From NCBI GenBank assembly GCA_017507985.1, contig JAFVZV010000015.1:1-55411 (forward strand): a DNA stretch of 55,411 nt. Direction: 5' to 3'. The notes beneath the pieces were generated by a model, which worked only from the letters and a program-made list of their open reading frames with translations, was not told the DNA's origin and ran no database searches. How positions within the stretch are numbered: position 1 is the stretch's first letter; the number at the start of each line of letters is the position of its first letter. Positions 18,401 through 28,283 of this stretch are shown piece by piece. The stretch comes from Clostridia bacterium. Lineage in GTDB: Bacteria > Bacillota > Clostridia > Oscillospirales > CAG-272. Made by a program: the position numbers and the translations under genes.

Positions 18401-19229
18401 TGAGGTCATGAGCAAACGAGGGAAGATAGTACTTTTCGGTGAGCGGATGCGTTATTAATTGTGCACAGAGCGGGCGTAATACGGTGCAATCGTAGGCAAG
18501 CTCTTCGCATAGCGACGCGGTGAGGATGTGTGCCTCGGTCGTTTGCTCGAAGGGCAGTTCAGCCTGCTTGCAAAGCCGATCGGCGCTCATACGCAACAGC
18601 TCCAATCCCTCGGGAAAAGCGATGAGCTTGTCGAATAGCTTGAGCAAAACGGAGGCTGTGTCACCGCGGTCACGGTTGGGCAAAAGGTCGTCCATGGCAA
18701 GGGCAAAGGCGTTTCCACTCAGCGCATCCAGCGGAGCGTCGCTGTCGGGCTGCTCGGCGGCAGAGGCGGCATAGTGCTGCTCAATAAGCTGATTGAGCAA
18801 TTGCTCCTTGAGGGGCATCAACTCGCTGTCGTCTGCCAGGCGAAAGGTGCTTGGCAGTCCCAAACGCTCGAAATTGGCGCGTACGGGCTCCAGATAAAAC
18901 GAGTCAATGGTGCAAATATGGGCGCTCCCAAGCGCTACAAGCTGACGATACAGGTATTTATCATCGGGATGGGCGGCGATGGCGGCCGATAATGCCGAGG
19001 AAATACGGGCACGCAGCTCTGCCGCGGCGGCGCGGGTAAAGGTAACGACAAGCATACGCGAAATATCGGCCGTGTGCCGTCCGTTTTCATCAAGTTCAAG
19101 CAAAGAACGAATGATGCGTTCGGTCAGCGTAGCCGTTTTGCCCGAGCCGGCGGCGGCAGATACGAGAATATCGCGACCGCGCAAGCTCATGGCGCATTGC
19201 TGTGCGTCTGTCCATTTGGGTTTAGACAT
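15486..19229 (-). CDS. addA: ATP-dependent helicase/nuclease AddA
   Basis: UvrD-type Walker A AAAGSGKT and C-terminal RecB-type nuclease motif GSIDLIVEDE..LFDYKTD. 1247 aa. Confidence 0.9.
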   Translation of the reverse strand: MSKPKWTDAQQCAMSLRGRDILVSAAAGSGKTATLTERIIRSLLELDENGRHTADISRMLVVTFTRAAAAELRARISSALSAAIAAHPDDKYLYRQLVALGSAHICTIDSFYLEPVRANFERLGLPSTFRLADDSELMPLKEQLLNQLIEQHYAASAAEQPDSDAPLDALSGNAFALAMDDLLPNRDRGDTASVLLKLFDKLIAFPEGLELLRMSADRLCKQAELPFEQTTEAHILTASLCEELAYDCTVLRPLCAQLITHPLTEKYYLPSFAHDLNTAEQILADLTAGLWERAAQKAAAYEPISLGRLPKDADVPFDTEDIKNARKDIVATLRSLTKRYFADSPEQMQAQMLRTARTQRMLYTLLNDYDRAMREQKIRRGVLNFSDVRRYLLQLLLDEHGKPTDVARALSDRFDAVYIDEYQDVDTVQDLIFSTIGAGGKRFMVGDIKQSIYTFRGAEPSIFSGYRQAFAPVLTVQDAPQDKNTGCCVFMSENFRCDRAIINFTNTVCGHTFRVCTESLGYQPEDDLVYGKDKDRPSYKTQVVLLETPPKALRTPDPDPTTALSPEAVYAADEIARLIRHETHIDGRPIHARDVAILLRGWSAAKDIGTALRAHNIRVSYAASDDLAEDPDLILLINLLSVIDNPRDDVPLTGLLTAPDSPFSLSDLLALRDHTHEQSLYDDICAAVSEESEAPPLPSGTLDRLRAFLAKLAHWRALAATLPADRLLRQLSGEPFLVNKATSPAYLTLYDKARSYQSSSFCGLYQFMQYLRRILKSKDGLSAAGLQSSDDAVSIMTMHKSKGLQFPIVFVCGCSTAFNSDDLRSTVMFDAQLGAAAKIYVPETAELRETVTRRAIARLTDVRRTEEEMRLLYVALTRAQERLYVTASLTGSAATPLARARATASTTRHAILSANSYLSWILSALEAHRQTGKEPLWDLTILNREHYRHPHPVSVPDETAEPAALPTVFSEGERYRAIIEHHRTYDDPWTLLRTLPTKAAASKLRTAMLDGVWLPEDFGGDDDGEKDRTDQTMDADSEASIRHRIELMQRASVPFAELLRTDDKATPAERGTATHLFMQHCDFKCLQEGNLEREITRLVEQKFIPRRAANILNRKQLQALCQSDLVSLAAKAKRIWREQHFDRFIPYADLTKNAVLAQQLQGYTLYVQGSIDLIVEDEQNQLWLFDYKTDRLVSNDPNVIRDRMLEHHADQLRIYVEAMKDLFGRRPDHVCIYSLPLGRSIDLTDKL

Positions 19230-19241
19230 AGGCTGACCTCC

Positions 19242-22200
19242 TTATCGTTGTGTGGAACGAACGGCATCGGGACAGCCGTCCTTGATGCTACAGTAGCGGC
19301 AGGCGTCGGCACTCGGCTTGCGAGGTGCGCGGCCGCATAACATATCCTGGCCGATGCGGCGCAGTGTTTCTCTGATATCCGTTTCCAGCGCCGTCAGCTC
19401 GTCATGGGAGGTCAGCGCTTTGCCGGTCAGCTCGCCCTTTTTGGAGAGCTTGATGCCCGCGAGATACTCGGGCTTCATCTCGTCGTTCATGGCGGCGAGA
19501 ATGTCGTTGTCATTGATGAGCAGTCCTGCCCGATCGGTGGTGGGCTTGCCGCCGCTTTCGCTGGTGGCAACGTACAATGCACCTGCCGGGTTGATGTGTT
19601 CAGGACGGCACAGCGTAAACAAATAGATCATTAGCTGCAAGTCAAAGCCTTGGCGAAGATCGTCAAGAGAGATTTCGTGTGCGCTACTCTTATAATCGAT
19701 CACGCGCAGATAGATCTCGTTGCCGCGACGGTAAATGTCCACGCGGTCGATCTTGCCGCCAAGCTGTATTTTTTTGCCGTCTGCGAGTGGGATCTCGTAG
19801 GGGGCAGGAGAGCCCGGGGTAATTCCGTCAATGGTCAGCTCGAACGCGCGCGGTGTAAAACGGCTATGGGATAGCTCGTATAAAATGTCGCGGAGCAGTA
19901 AAAGCGCGAGTGATCTGAGCTTGCGGAAAATGTGAAGTGTGCGAAGATCGGACGCGGTCACGCCCGGCAATCCGCGCAGGTAGGTGTCGACCAGACGGTT
20001 GGCCAGCGGCTCGATGTCCTCTTCACAGGGCAAATGGAATACACCATCGCTGTCCAGACAACGGCGCAGAAATTGTTCCAAAAGATAGTGGAGAAAGGTT
20101 CCGCTGTCGGCGTAATCAATACGAGCAGCCTCGCGCTCGCGCGGAGCGAGAAACTGGCTACAGTAAAAACTGTAGGGGCAAAGAACAAAATTTTGAATTT
20201 TGGACTGCGTTAGTCGGAGCGTGTCACCCTCAAACAAGCGAGAGAGAATCTCGGGGGATAAATCATGCTCGCCGGGCGCAAGCGGCTGGTACAGTACAGG
20301 CTCGTCGGCAGGGATTTCATGATCGGACGATTCATCATCGACGCTCTCTGGCGAAGGTGAAACGGTGGAGGAGGGAGTAACGTCTTTTTTGGGGGCGATC
20401 ATGGAAAGATCGAAATCCAGCACCTGTTCATGCAGATACGGGAAGAGAAAGAATAGGCGGTTGTAAGCAACGGAGGCCGTCTTTTCCTTTCCGTCGGTGG
20501 AGCAAAGAACACTGGATACAAACAGCTTGTCGGAAGGCTTGGTCATGGCGCGCCAGACGAACAAAAGCTCGTTGGATGAGCGAAGCTCGCTTCGGGAGTC
20601 GAATTCGATGCCAAGATCGCACAGCTGTTGCTTGTCTGCATCGCTCAGAAGGCCCTCATCAGAGATGGCCTTGGGGAATTCTCCTTCGTTCATCCCAAGC
20701 AAAAAGGAAACGGCGATATTTTCTACACGCAATGTGTCTGCCGAGCCAATAGTAACGCTGTCGTGTAACGAGGGAACCGAGGCAATCTCGGTCTGGGAGA
20801 AGACCATGGACAAAGCGGTGGTAAATTCTTCAGCATCCATGACTGCATCAGGCAAATGTGCGCTCATTTGAGTCAGCGTTTGCAGCACGCTGTCATACAC
20901 GCGAACGGTCTCGCCTGCCTGCTTGAGGTAGCCGGCGGCAAGCTCGTCGTGTGCCAGACGGGCACATTGGTCGGACAGCGAAAAACTCTGCATCAGATCA
21001 TATAGCGCTTCACAAAGTTCGGGCAATGTTTTTTCGCCCGAGACGGCACCATGCAGGCGTAGCAGCGGCGTCATAATCGTCTCACGTACGTGGTTGGCGG
21101 CTTCGAGAATGTGCTTGCCGCGCTTGGAGATGTGCTCGGTATAGCCGTCGGGATTACGTGTCCAGACGGGGGCGGCAAAAGCGGAGCCGTTGATATTCCA
21201 AGTGGCAACGTATTGCTCAAACAAATCCAACTCGTAGGCGGAAACGGGGCAAAGTCCCGTTTTGAGCATGGCCAGTACGTCCTGTGACTGGAAGCCGTAA
21301 GCGACGGCGCGCAGGGCACTGAGCAGCAAGCGTGACAAGGGCTTGTCGGACAGTGCTGTTTTTTCGGAAAAATAGAAAGGAATGCCGTAGCGTTCCAGCG
21401 CCGCGTCGAGAATGCCGCGATAGGTGGCGGCATCGCGCACAGTAATGGCAATGTCCCCATAACGATACCCTTGATGGATCAAATCGAGAATGTGAAGGGC
21501 GGTCGCCTCGGCCTCGGCGTAAATGTTGGTGCAACGCAATACCGTGATGGCGCCGCGCTCCTGCTTGTCGGGGATTTCAAGTGAGTCTTGGGTGAGCGAC
21601 AAATTCCAAAGGTTACGTTCCAGCAGACGCAGCTCAGGGCTGTGACAACGCCGATTTTTCGTTAGCATATGCTGCTTGACGCAAATACCCTCTCGCGCAC
21701 TGAGCAGAACCAAGCGGCGGCAGGTGTCCTCAATGCTGTCTTGCGAGGGCTGATGCTTCAAATGACTATCCGTTCCGAGTGTGATGAAAACGTTGTCAGC
21801 TTGGCGAAGCATGGCGCGCAGTACGGCATATTCCTCGGCCGTAAAGCTGGTGAAGGAGTCGATGTAAACGTTTCCGCCCGTAAAATAATCGTGGTGCTCA
21901 AGCACCTCGCACAAACGTGTCAGTTCGTCACCCACCGCGCCATCGCATACCTGCGTGAGCAGATTGTCGTACGAGGCGTAAAGCAAAGCGAGGTCATACA
22001 GCTTGGGGCGCAGAGCGCTATCATCGGGAAGACGAGCCGCGCCGGCTTCAAGCATGGTGGGCGTGATGGCGTTCTGGCGCAGATCATTGATGGTTTGAAG
22101 CAAAAGTGTGGTCAAATGGGCGTCCGAGCGGGGGGACACCGTATTGTATTCCTGCAAAAGGCCGTTCAACTCGCGCAGATTTTGCCACATCAAAAGAGAA

Positions 22201-22463
22201 CGGATGCCGCTTGCAATGGGCAAAATGGCCGCCCCGCCATAGCGATTGGCAACCTCACGGCAAAGCCCCGAAAAGCCTGTGATGTTGAAGGTAAGGCCTG
22301 CCCCAGTGGGCAATTTGGGCAAAAGAGTGCGTTCGCTGAGATTGGCCTGCTGCTCGGGAATGATGAGCCAAGCGCGGCGTCCGGCGGCAATATCAGCCGC
22401 GATCATATCGGTCAGCCCCACGGATTTTCCGCTGCCTGCACCGCCGAGAATCAAATGAAGCAC
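19242..22463 (-). CDS. addB: ATP-dependent helicase/deoxyribonuclease AddB
   Basis: GGAGSGKS, nuclease motif GKIDRVD..VIDYKSS, C-terminal Fe-S cysteines CRYCSIKDGC. Upstream of addA. Confidence 0.9.
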   Translation of the reverse strand: MLHLILGGAGSGKSVGLTDMIAADIAAGRRAWLIIPEQQANLSERTLLPKLPTGAGLTFNITGFSGLCREVANRYGGAAILPIASGIRSLLMWQNLRELNGLLQEYNTVSPRSDAHLTTLLLQTINDLRQNAITPTMLEAGAARLPDDSALRPKLYDLALLYASYDNLLTQVCDGAVGDELTRLCEVLEHHDYFTGGNVYIDSFTSFTAEEYAVLRAMLRQADNVFITLGTDSHLKHQPSQDSIEDTCRRLVLLSAREGICVKQHMLTKNRRCHSPELRLLERNLWNLSLTQDSLEIPDKQERGAITVLRCTNIYAEAEATALHILDLIHQGYRYGDIAITVRDAATYRGILDAALERYGIPFYFSEKTALSDKPLSRLLLSALRAVAYGFQSQDVLAMLKTGLCPVSAYELDLFEQYVATWNINGSAFAAPVWTRNPDGYTEHISKRGKHILEAANHVRETIMTPLLRLHGAVSGEKTLPELCEALYDLMQSFSLSDQCARLAHDELAAGYLKQAGETVRVYDSVLQTLTQMSAHLPDAVMDAEEFTTALSMVFSQTEIASVPSLHDSVTIGSADTLRVENIAVSFLLGMNEGEFPKAISDEGLLSDADKQQLCDLGIEFDSRSELRSSNELLFVWRAMTKPSDKLFVSSVLCSTDGKEKTASVAYNRLFFLFPYLHEQVLDFDLSMIAPKKDVTPSSTVSPSPESVDDESSDHEIPADEPVLYQPLAPGEHDLSPEILSRLFEGDTLRLTQSKIQNFVLCPYSFYCSQFLAPREREAARIDYADSGTFLHYLLEQFLRRCLDSDGVFHLPCEEDIEPLANRLVDTYLRGLPGVTASDLRTLHIFRKLRSLALLLLRDILYELSHSRFTPRAFELTIDGITPGSPAPYEIPLADGKKIQLGGKIDRVDIYRRGNEIYLRVIDYKSSAHEISLDDLRQGFDLQLMIYLFTLCRPEHINPAGALYVATSESGGKPTTDRAGLLINDNDILAAMNDEMKPEYLAGIKLSKKGELTGKALTSHDELTALETDIRETLRRIGQDMLCGRAPRKPSADACRYCSIKDGCPDAVRSTQR

Positions 22464-22466
22464 GCC

Positions 22467-23315
22467 TCAGTCCTCCTTTCGTTGGGATTGCTTGAGCGAG
22501 AGATTGCGACGAATGACCTCGCGTCCCCGCCAGGCATAGGCGCGGCGGGAAAAGGCGTCGTCGTTTATTTCGTCTAGAAGATCTATGGTCAAATGAGGGA
22601 TGGTATTTCGATGAAAAAAAGGAATTGAAGTGTAGATGGTACCGCGCGCTTTGGCGTGCGCTGTGTAAGGGCAGACCTGCTGACATATATCACAGCCCCA
22701 GACGCTATCAAAGCGTTGCAATGCTTGACACTCCTCGGCAGTCAAATTTCCTTTTTTCTGCGTCAGGGATGAGCGGCACTCGCCCCCCTCACTTTGCATG
22801 GGACACGCCGCAAGACAGGCACCGCAGGCATGACAGTTGCGTGCCTCGGGCGGCAGAACAGAGGGCGTTGGCGTCAGGGGAAGATCGGTGATGATCTCTC
22901 CAAGAAAAATATAAGAGGAATATCGATTGGTCAGCAAAAGGTGATTCAATCCGCGCACGCCAAGACCGGCATCGACTGCGGCAGAAATCTCATCGATGGG
23001 TGAGTGATCGGCAAAGCCTGCAAAAAGATGATCGGAATATTCGGTGCGCAAGCGAGGCAAAAGCTCATCATACAGCTGTTCAAAAAAGAGGTGATAATCC
23101 TCGCTGACGGCATAGGCGGAAAGATTGCGCGAGGCATGCTGCGCGTCGGGGGTCAGATAGGGAACGGCAAAGATCTGTACAAAGATCGTATTTGCTTTTT
23201 GAAGGTCAAAGCCGGCTCGATGGAGCAAATATGGTTTATGTACCGAGCAGGCATCCAACGTTAGCACGCCTGTCAGTTCAATGCCGTAAGGCTGTAAATA
23301 AGATGTCAGATTCAT
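22467..23315 (-). CDS. QueG-like Fe-S protein (DUF1730 + 4Fe-4S ferredoxin domain; short epoxyqueuosine-reductase-like form)
   Basis: SEDYH..FADHSPIDEISAAVDAGLGVRGLNHLLLT..SYIFLGEIITD, then CHACGACLAACP and CDICQQVCP clusters. Confidence 0.6.
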   Translation of the reverse strand: MNLTSYLQPYGIELTGVLTLDACSVHKPYLLHRAGFDLQKANTIFVQIFAVPYLTPDAQHASRNLSAYAVSEDYHLFFEQLYDELLPRLRTEYSDHLFAGFADHSPIDEISAAVDAGLGVRGLNHLLLTNRYSSYIFLGEIITDLPLTPTPSVLPPEARNCHACGACLAACPMQSEGGECRSSLTQKKGNLTAEECQALQRFDSVWGCDICQQVCPYTAHAKARGTIYTSIPFFHRNTIPHLTIDLLDEINDDAFSRRAYAWRGREVIRRNLSLKQSQRKED

Positions 23316-23433
23316 AGCTTGCTCCTTTCTTGCCGAGATTTTTATTCACTACAAATATTATACTACATTTTCTTGCTCGACACAAGGAGAATGACGCTTT
23401 TTTTCGCTACTTTCAACTACTTTTTGTTAACTC

Positions 23434-23465
23434 GTCATAAATTAGTCACAAATATGGTTTATAAT
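23434..23465 (+). promoter_or_regulatory. htrA promoter: -10 TATAAT with two direct repeats in place of a -35
   Basis: GTCATAAAT (23434-23442) and GTCACAAAT (23445-23453) are 11 bp apart. TATAAT lies at 23460-23465. Confidence 0.5.
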
Positions 23466-23539
23466 AAAACCACAAAGTAAAACAAGGCGTGTCGAGCGCA
23501 TCGCTTGACATGCTCGCGCAAATGAAAGGATGGGTAGTG

Positions 23540-24937
23540 ATGAATCAAAATCATTGGAATTATGACAATGATATGAATCAGAACGACTGCAATGAACATA
23601 CGTCCCCGGCGAATAAGACGCCTTTGAAATATAAGCCTTTTAAAAATGGTAGCCGCGTTGCATGGATCGTGGCTATTGTTGCACTGTGCACGGCGCTGTG
23701 CTTTGGTGCAGGAGCGATCGGCACGCTGATGGTGCAATCCATGTACGACGATGCTGAGAACAATTCTCCTTGGTACGGTAAATCAAAGGACGGAGATGTT
23801 TCCTCTCCCACATTTGATGGAGCTCTTATCGGCACAGAGCAGCAAGAAACGAATGGTCCTTCGACCGACGCATCGCGTAATCCGTTGCCCGACATCGATA
23901 AGAGTGTAGGACGAGATTCTCTGACCTATACCGGCTCGGCGGGCGATGAGGCGTACGATACGCTGGCGCAAGCGTATGCGACGGTAGCGGATACCGTAGT
24001 GGAAATTTCCACCGAAACGGCTGTTAACGGCGGCTGGCTGGGCAACTACGTGACGAGCGGTGCAGGAAGTGGCGTTATTATTTCTACTGACGGCTATATC
24101 GTGACCAATCATCACGTGATTGACGGTGCTGACACGATAACAGTACGACTTAAGGATGGGACAGAATATCAAGCTGAGATTATAGGCAAGGATGCATCCA
24201 CCGACATCGCCGTGCTGTGGGTTGCGTCCGAACAGCCACTGCCTGCCGCTAAGTTGGGCTGCAGTGCTGATCTGATCGTAGGTGAGCCTGTGTTTGCTAT
24301 TGGTAATCCGCTCGGATCGCTTGGCGGTACGCTGACTGACGGTATCATCAGCGCAGCTGCGCGCCAGTTGATCATTGACGGGCAGAAAATGACATTACTT
24401 CAGACCAATACGGCGGTCAATCCCGGAAACTCGGGCGGTGGACTGTTCAATATGGCAGGGCAACTGATCGGCGTGGTCAATGCCAAATGCTCGGAGGACG
24501 ATGTAGAGGGGCTGGGCTTTGCCATCCCGATCGACACGGCGTACGATGTGATATGCGAGCTGATCGAATACGGTTACGTGCGTGGTGTGGTCGACTCGGG
24601 GCTTACGGTGTATGACGTTTCCAATACGTTGACTGCCTGGAAGAATTTTGGCTCGACCAGACTGGGTGCCTACATTGTAGATTCGCAATACAGCGACGAG
24701 CTGCAGTTTGGCGATTATTTGCTGAATATCAATGGAACGCCCATTGCATCGGGCGCGGACGTGGAAACGGTGCTTGCCGAGTGTGCCGTGGGCGAAACGG
24801 TCACAGTCGAGGTCATTCGTATCGAAAAGAAGACCCAAAACGGCAAGACTGTTTTGAGCGAAACGACGCTTAGCGTTTCGTTGGTTCTGCAGGAATATAT
24901 ACCATCGGACGCAGACGTTCGATTTGACACAAAATAA
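23540..24937 (+). CDS. htrA: HtrA/DegP-family serine protease with N-terminal TM anchor and C-terminal PDZ
   Basis: Triad contexts TNHHVIDGA, TDIAVL, NPGNSGGGLFN. Start chosen at ATG after AAAGGA. Confidence 0.85.
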   Translation: MNQNHWNYDNDMNQNDCNEHTSPANKTPLKYKPFKNGSRVAWIVAIVALCTALCFGAGAIGTLMVQSMYDDAENNSPWYGKSKDGDVSSPTFDGALIGTEQQETNGPSTDASRNPLPDIDKSVGRDSLTYTGSAGDEAYDTLAQAYATVADTVVEISTETAVNGGWLGNYVTSGAGSGVIISTDGYIVTNHHVIDGADTITVRLKDGTEYQAEIIGKDASTDIAVLWVASEQPLPAAKLGCSADLIVGEPVFAIGNPLGSLGGTLTDGIISAAARQLIIDGQKMTLLQTNTAVNPGNSGGGLFNMAGQLIGVVNAKCSEDDVEGLGFAIPIDTAYDVICELIEYGYVRGVVDSGLTVYDVSNTLTAWKNFGSTRLGAYIVDSQYSDELQFGDYLLNINGTPIASGADVETVLAECAVGETVTVEVIRIEKKTQNGKTVLSETTLSVSLVLQEYIPSDADVRFDTK

Positions 24938-24974
24938 CGGATAGCAATTAATATCAAACAAGGAGCGTGGACGA

Positions 24975-25673
24975 ATGTATCACATCTTAGTTGTCGACGA
25001 CGAGGTACGCATCCGTACCATCATCAAAAAATACGCGGAATTCGAGGGCCATACGGTCAGCGAGGCGGGCAACGGCATGGACGCGGTGCTTTTATGCCGC
25101 AAGCACACGTACGATTTGATCATTATGGACATCATGATGCCCGAGTTGGACGGATTTTCTGCTTGCCGCGAGATCCGCAAGAACTGTCAAACCCCCATCA
25201 TCATGCTGTCGGCGCGAGGCGAGGAATACGACCGTATCAACGGCTTTGAGGTAGGCATCGATGATTACGTCATGAAACCGTTTTCGCCCAAGGAGCTGAT
25301 GCTTCGTGTCAATGCGATCATGAAGCGAGTGCAGCGAGCAAACGAAATCGTTGCGACTACTCAGCGGCCAAACGAGATTATCGAGCTGGACGGCGGCGGA
25401 CTGAAGGCTGATATTACAGCGCGGCTGGTCTATATCGATGGCAAGCGTGTGGATATGTCGCCCAAGGAGTACGATCTGTTCTTCTATCTGCTGGCAAATC
25501 GCAACATTGCTCTCTCACGTGAAAAATTGATCTGCGAGGTGTGGGGCTATGACTTCTATGGTGATGCTCGCACGCTGGATACGCATATTAAGCTGCTTCG
25601 TCGCAGTTTGGGACGGTATAACACGTACATTGTGACGCTTCGCGGCGTCGGCTATCGCTTTGAGGGCGACTGA
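24975..25673 (+). CDS. OmpR-family response regulator
   Basis: Receiver (VVDDE, IIMDIMMPELDG, VMKPF) plus wHTH (..LRGVGYRFE). Confidence 0.9.
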   Translation: MYHILVVDDEVRIRTIIKKYAEFEGHTVSEAGNGMDAVLLCRKHTYDLIIMDIMMPELDGFSACREIRKNCQTPIIMLSARGEEYDRINGFEVGIDDYVMKPFSPKELMLRVNAIMKRVQRANEIVATTQRPNEIIELDGGGLKADITARLVYIDGKRVDMSPKEYDLFFYLLANRNIALSREKLICEVWGYDFYGDARTLDTHIKLLRRSLGRYNTYIVTLRGVGYRFEGD

Positions 25674-25707
25674 GTAACAACGAACACCGATATTGGGAGG
25701 TGTGGGA

Positions 25708-27381
25708 ATGACATCATCGGATCAAAAAGAAAGCAAAAAGAGAACTAAGGCGCGGAGTCCCCGCGCCTTATCTTGCCGCAAGGCCAATGGGAGAAGCATC
25801 GGAATTCAATGGCGTCTGATGGGATATCTGAGCCTGTTTGTCGCTTTTTTTGTGCTGGTTTTATGGTCGTTTCAAATTTGGCTGCTGGTTCCGTTTTACG
25901 AAAACATCAAAAATGGTGAGATGCAGCAAACGGCGGACGTCTTGTGCGCGGTTCTTGGTAACAAAGAGACACTGGAAGAGCAGGACTTGCTGACGCTCAA
26001 AAATACGGTTTGGGATTGCGCCGAAACCTATTCTATGTGCATCACCGTTTGGCGCGTCGAGGACGGACGCGCCCGCTACGTGACCAAAGCAGACGTATCG
26101 GGAAACTGCATCATACACAAGGTCAGCGGCGGCCGCCATTTTGCCGAGCTGTATCAATATGCGGCGGAAAATGGTGGGAGCTACGCCTGCAAGGTCAAGT
26201 TTCACCGTGACGGTATGATCTGGATGGACAGCGAGGGTAAGGTCCATACTCCCACAGGAGTAAAGCCTGAAGAATGGGATGGCAGTGAACAATCACCGCC
26301 CTCGGACAACGAAGTATTTCCTTTCAATAATGAAGGCGTATCCGCGATACATATGCGACTGGCCCAAGGGGCAGATGGCAAAGAATATATCATATTGCTT
26401 GATTCCGAGCTGTCACCTGTCAGTGCAACGGTATCGACACTCAAGGCGCAATTCTATTGGATCACTGCACTTTTGCTTTTGGCCGCTGTATTGCTGGCAT
26501 ATCTGATGTCGCGCCGCATTTCTCGTCCTTTGGAGCGCATGAATGAAACGGCGCGCGGATTGGCCAAAGGAAAGTATGATGTTCATTTTACGGGGCACGG
26601 TTATCGCGAAACGCGCGAGCTGGCTCAAACGCTGAACTTTGCGGCGGATGAGCTGTCCAAGATCGACCGTCTGCAAAAGGAATTGATCGCCAATATCTCG
26701 CATGATCTGCGCACTCCCTTGACCATGATCAAGGGATATGGCGAGGTTATGCGTGATCTTCCCGGTGAAAATACGCCCGAGAACGTGCAGGTCATCATCG
26801 ATGAGGCTACGTATCTTTCCGAGCTCGTCAACGATTTGCTCGACCTGTCTCGGTTGCAGTCGGGAATACGGACGCTTGAGCTTTCGGTGTTCGATCTGAC
26901 CGAAACGATACGTGCGGTAATGCATCGTTACGACAAGCTGACACATCACGGTGGGTATCATATTGCGTTTGAAGCACATCAGAATGTGTCGGTCAAGGCG
27001 GATCGTGTTATGATACTGCAGGTGATTTATAATCTGATCAATAACGCGATCAATTATTGCGGGGAGGATAAGGTTGTTGAGGTCGTTCAGACACTTCAAG
27101 CTGACGGGACGGTTCGCTTGAGTGTGCGTGACCACGGTGCAGGAATTGCCGAGCAGGAGTTACCGCACATTTGGGATCGCTACTACAAGGTGGATCGCGT
27201 CCATCGCAGTGCGATGATTGGTACAGGCCTGGGTCTGTCCATTACCAAAGGTATTCTTGAAGCGCATCAAGCTGCCTACGGTGTCGATAGTACGATTGGA
27301 GAAGGCTCGGAATTTTGGTTTGCTTTGCCCGTGGCAGAGCCGAATGAATGGAATGATATGGAAATGACAGGGGAAGAATGA
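25708..27381 (+). CDS. sensor histidine kinase (2 TM, extracytoplasmic domain, HAMP, HisKA, HATPase)
   Basis: H-box SHDLRTPLT, N-box NLINNAINY, DHGAGI, GTGLGLSI. RBS GGGAGG. Confidence 0.9.
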   Translation: MTSSDQKESKKRTKARSPRALSCRKANGRSIGIQWRLMGYLSLFVAFFVLVLWSFQIWLLVPFYENIKNGEMQQTADVLCAVLGNKETLEEQDLLTLKNTVWDCAETYSMCITVWRVEDGRARYVTKADVSGNCIIHKVSGGRHFAELYQYAAENGGSYACKVKFHRDGMIWMDSEGKVHTPTGVKPEEWDGSEQSPPSDNEVFPFNNEGVSAIHMRLAQGADGKEYIILLDSELSPVSATVSTLKAQFYWITALLLLAAVLLAYLMSRRISRPLERMNETARGLAKGKYDVHFTGHGYRETRELAQTLNFAADELSKIDRLQKELIANISHDLRTPLTMIKGYGEVMRDLPGENTPENVQVIIDEATYLSELVNDLLDLSRLQSGIRTLELSVFDLTETIRAVMHRYDKLTHHGGYHIAFEAHQNVSVKADRVMILQVIYNLINNAINYCGEDKVVEVVQTLQADGTVRLSVRDHGAGIAEQELPHIWDRYYKVDRVHRSAMIGTGLGLSITKGILEAHQAAYGVDSTIGEGSEFWFALPVAEPNEWNDMEMTGEE

Positions 27382-27383
27382 CT

Positions 27384-28235
27384 ATGGAGAATCAACAAAG
27401 CTTATATATGAGAGCGTTGCGCTGTCCCGTCTGCGGTGCAGATATGACGCATGACGCTTCACACGGAGCAGGTATGCTACTGTGCGGCGGTCCGCGCACC
27501 CACACGTTTGATATGGCACGAAGCGGCTATGTCCATTTGGCTCCCCGTCACAGCGGTGGCGGTGATGCCAAAGCGGCGGTTCGTTCCCGTACCTCCTTTT
27601 TGTCGGCGGGCTATTATTCGATTGCTGCTGATGCGCTCTGCTCGCTGGTATCGACGTACGTACCGTCAGGGTTGATCGTTGATGCCGGATGTGGGGAAGG
27701 GTATTATACCAACCGCTTGGCGGCGTGCGGCGAAGGGCGGTATGAGATATGCGGATTTGATCTTTCGCGCGATGCAGTGGATGCTGCTGCCAAGGCGGCG
27801 CGCCGCGAAGGGGTGGGCGCCTGCTTTGGCGTGGCGAGCTTATTTGAGCTTCCGTTGGCCTCGGCATCGGTCGATGCCATTGTCAATATTTTTGCGCCGT
27901 GCGCCGAAAAAGAGTTTTGCCGCGTGCTCAAGCCGGGCGGTGTGCTGATTCTGTTGGGCGCAGGAGAGCGACATTTGTTGGGGCTCAAGCGTGCGATCTA
28001 TGATGAAACGTACGAAAACGCCATGCGGGCTGATCTTCCGACGGAAATGCAACTGTGCGAGCAGACAACGGTGCGTGGCGAGATCGAGGTGGTTGGCAAT
28101 GAGCAGATCGGCAATTTGTTTTCCATGACGCCTTATTATTGGCGAACCTCGCCTGAAGACAAGAAAAAGCTGGAGCACTTGCAATGCTTGCACACGGAGA
28201 TTGAATTCGATTGCCGCGTATATCGAAAAATATAA
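27384..28235 (+). CDS. RlmA-like SAM-dependent rRNA (guanine-N1) methyltransferase
   Basis: N-terminal Zn-ribbon CPVCG..LCGG and SAM motif VDAGCGEGYY. Overlaps or abuts the HK stop. Confidence 0.7.
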   Translation: MENQQSLYMRALRCPVCGADMTHDASHGAGMLLCGGPRTHTFDMARSGYVHLAPRHSGGGDAKAAVRSRTSFLSAGYYSIAADALCSLVSTYVPSGLIVDAGCGEGYYTNRLAACGEGRYEICGFDLSRDAVDAAAKAARREGVGACFGVASLFELPLASASVDAIVNIFAPCAEKEFCRVLKPGGVLILLGAGERHLLGLKRAIYDETYENAMRADLPTEMQLCEQTTVRGEIEVVGNEQIGNLFSMTPYYWRTSPEDKKKLEHLQCLHTEIEFDCRVYRKI

Positions 28236-28240
28236 AAAGC

Positions 28241-28271
28241 AACAGCAGCCCGAAACGCTCGGACTGCTGTT
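28241..28271. terminator. hairpin between convergent genes
   Basis: aacagcag (28241-28248) pairs with ctgctgtt (28264-28271), with an inner ccga/tcgg pairing. Confidence 0.6.
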
Positions 28272-28283
28272 TAACTTTATCGC

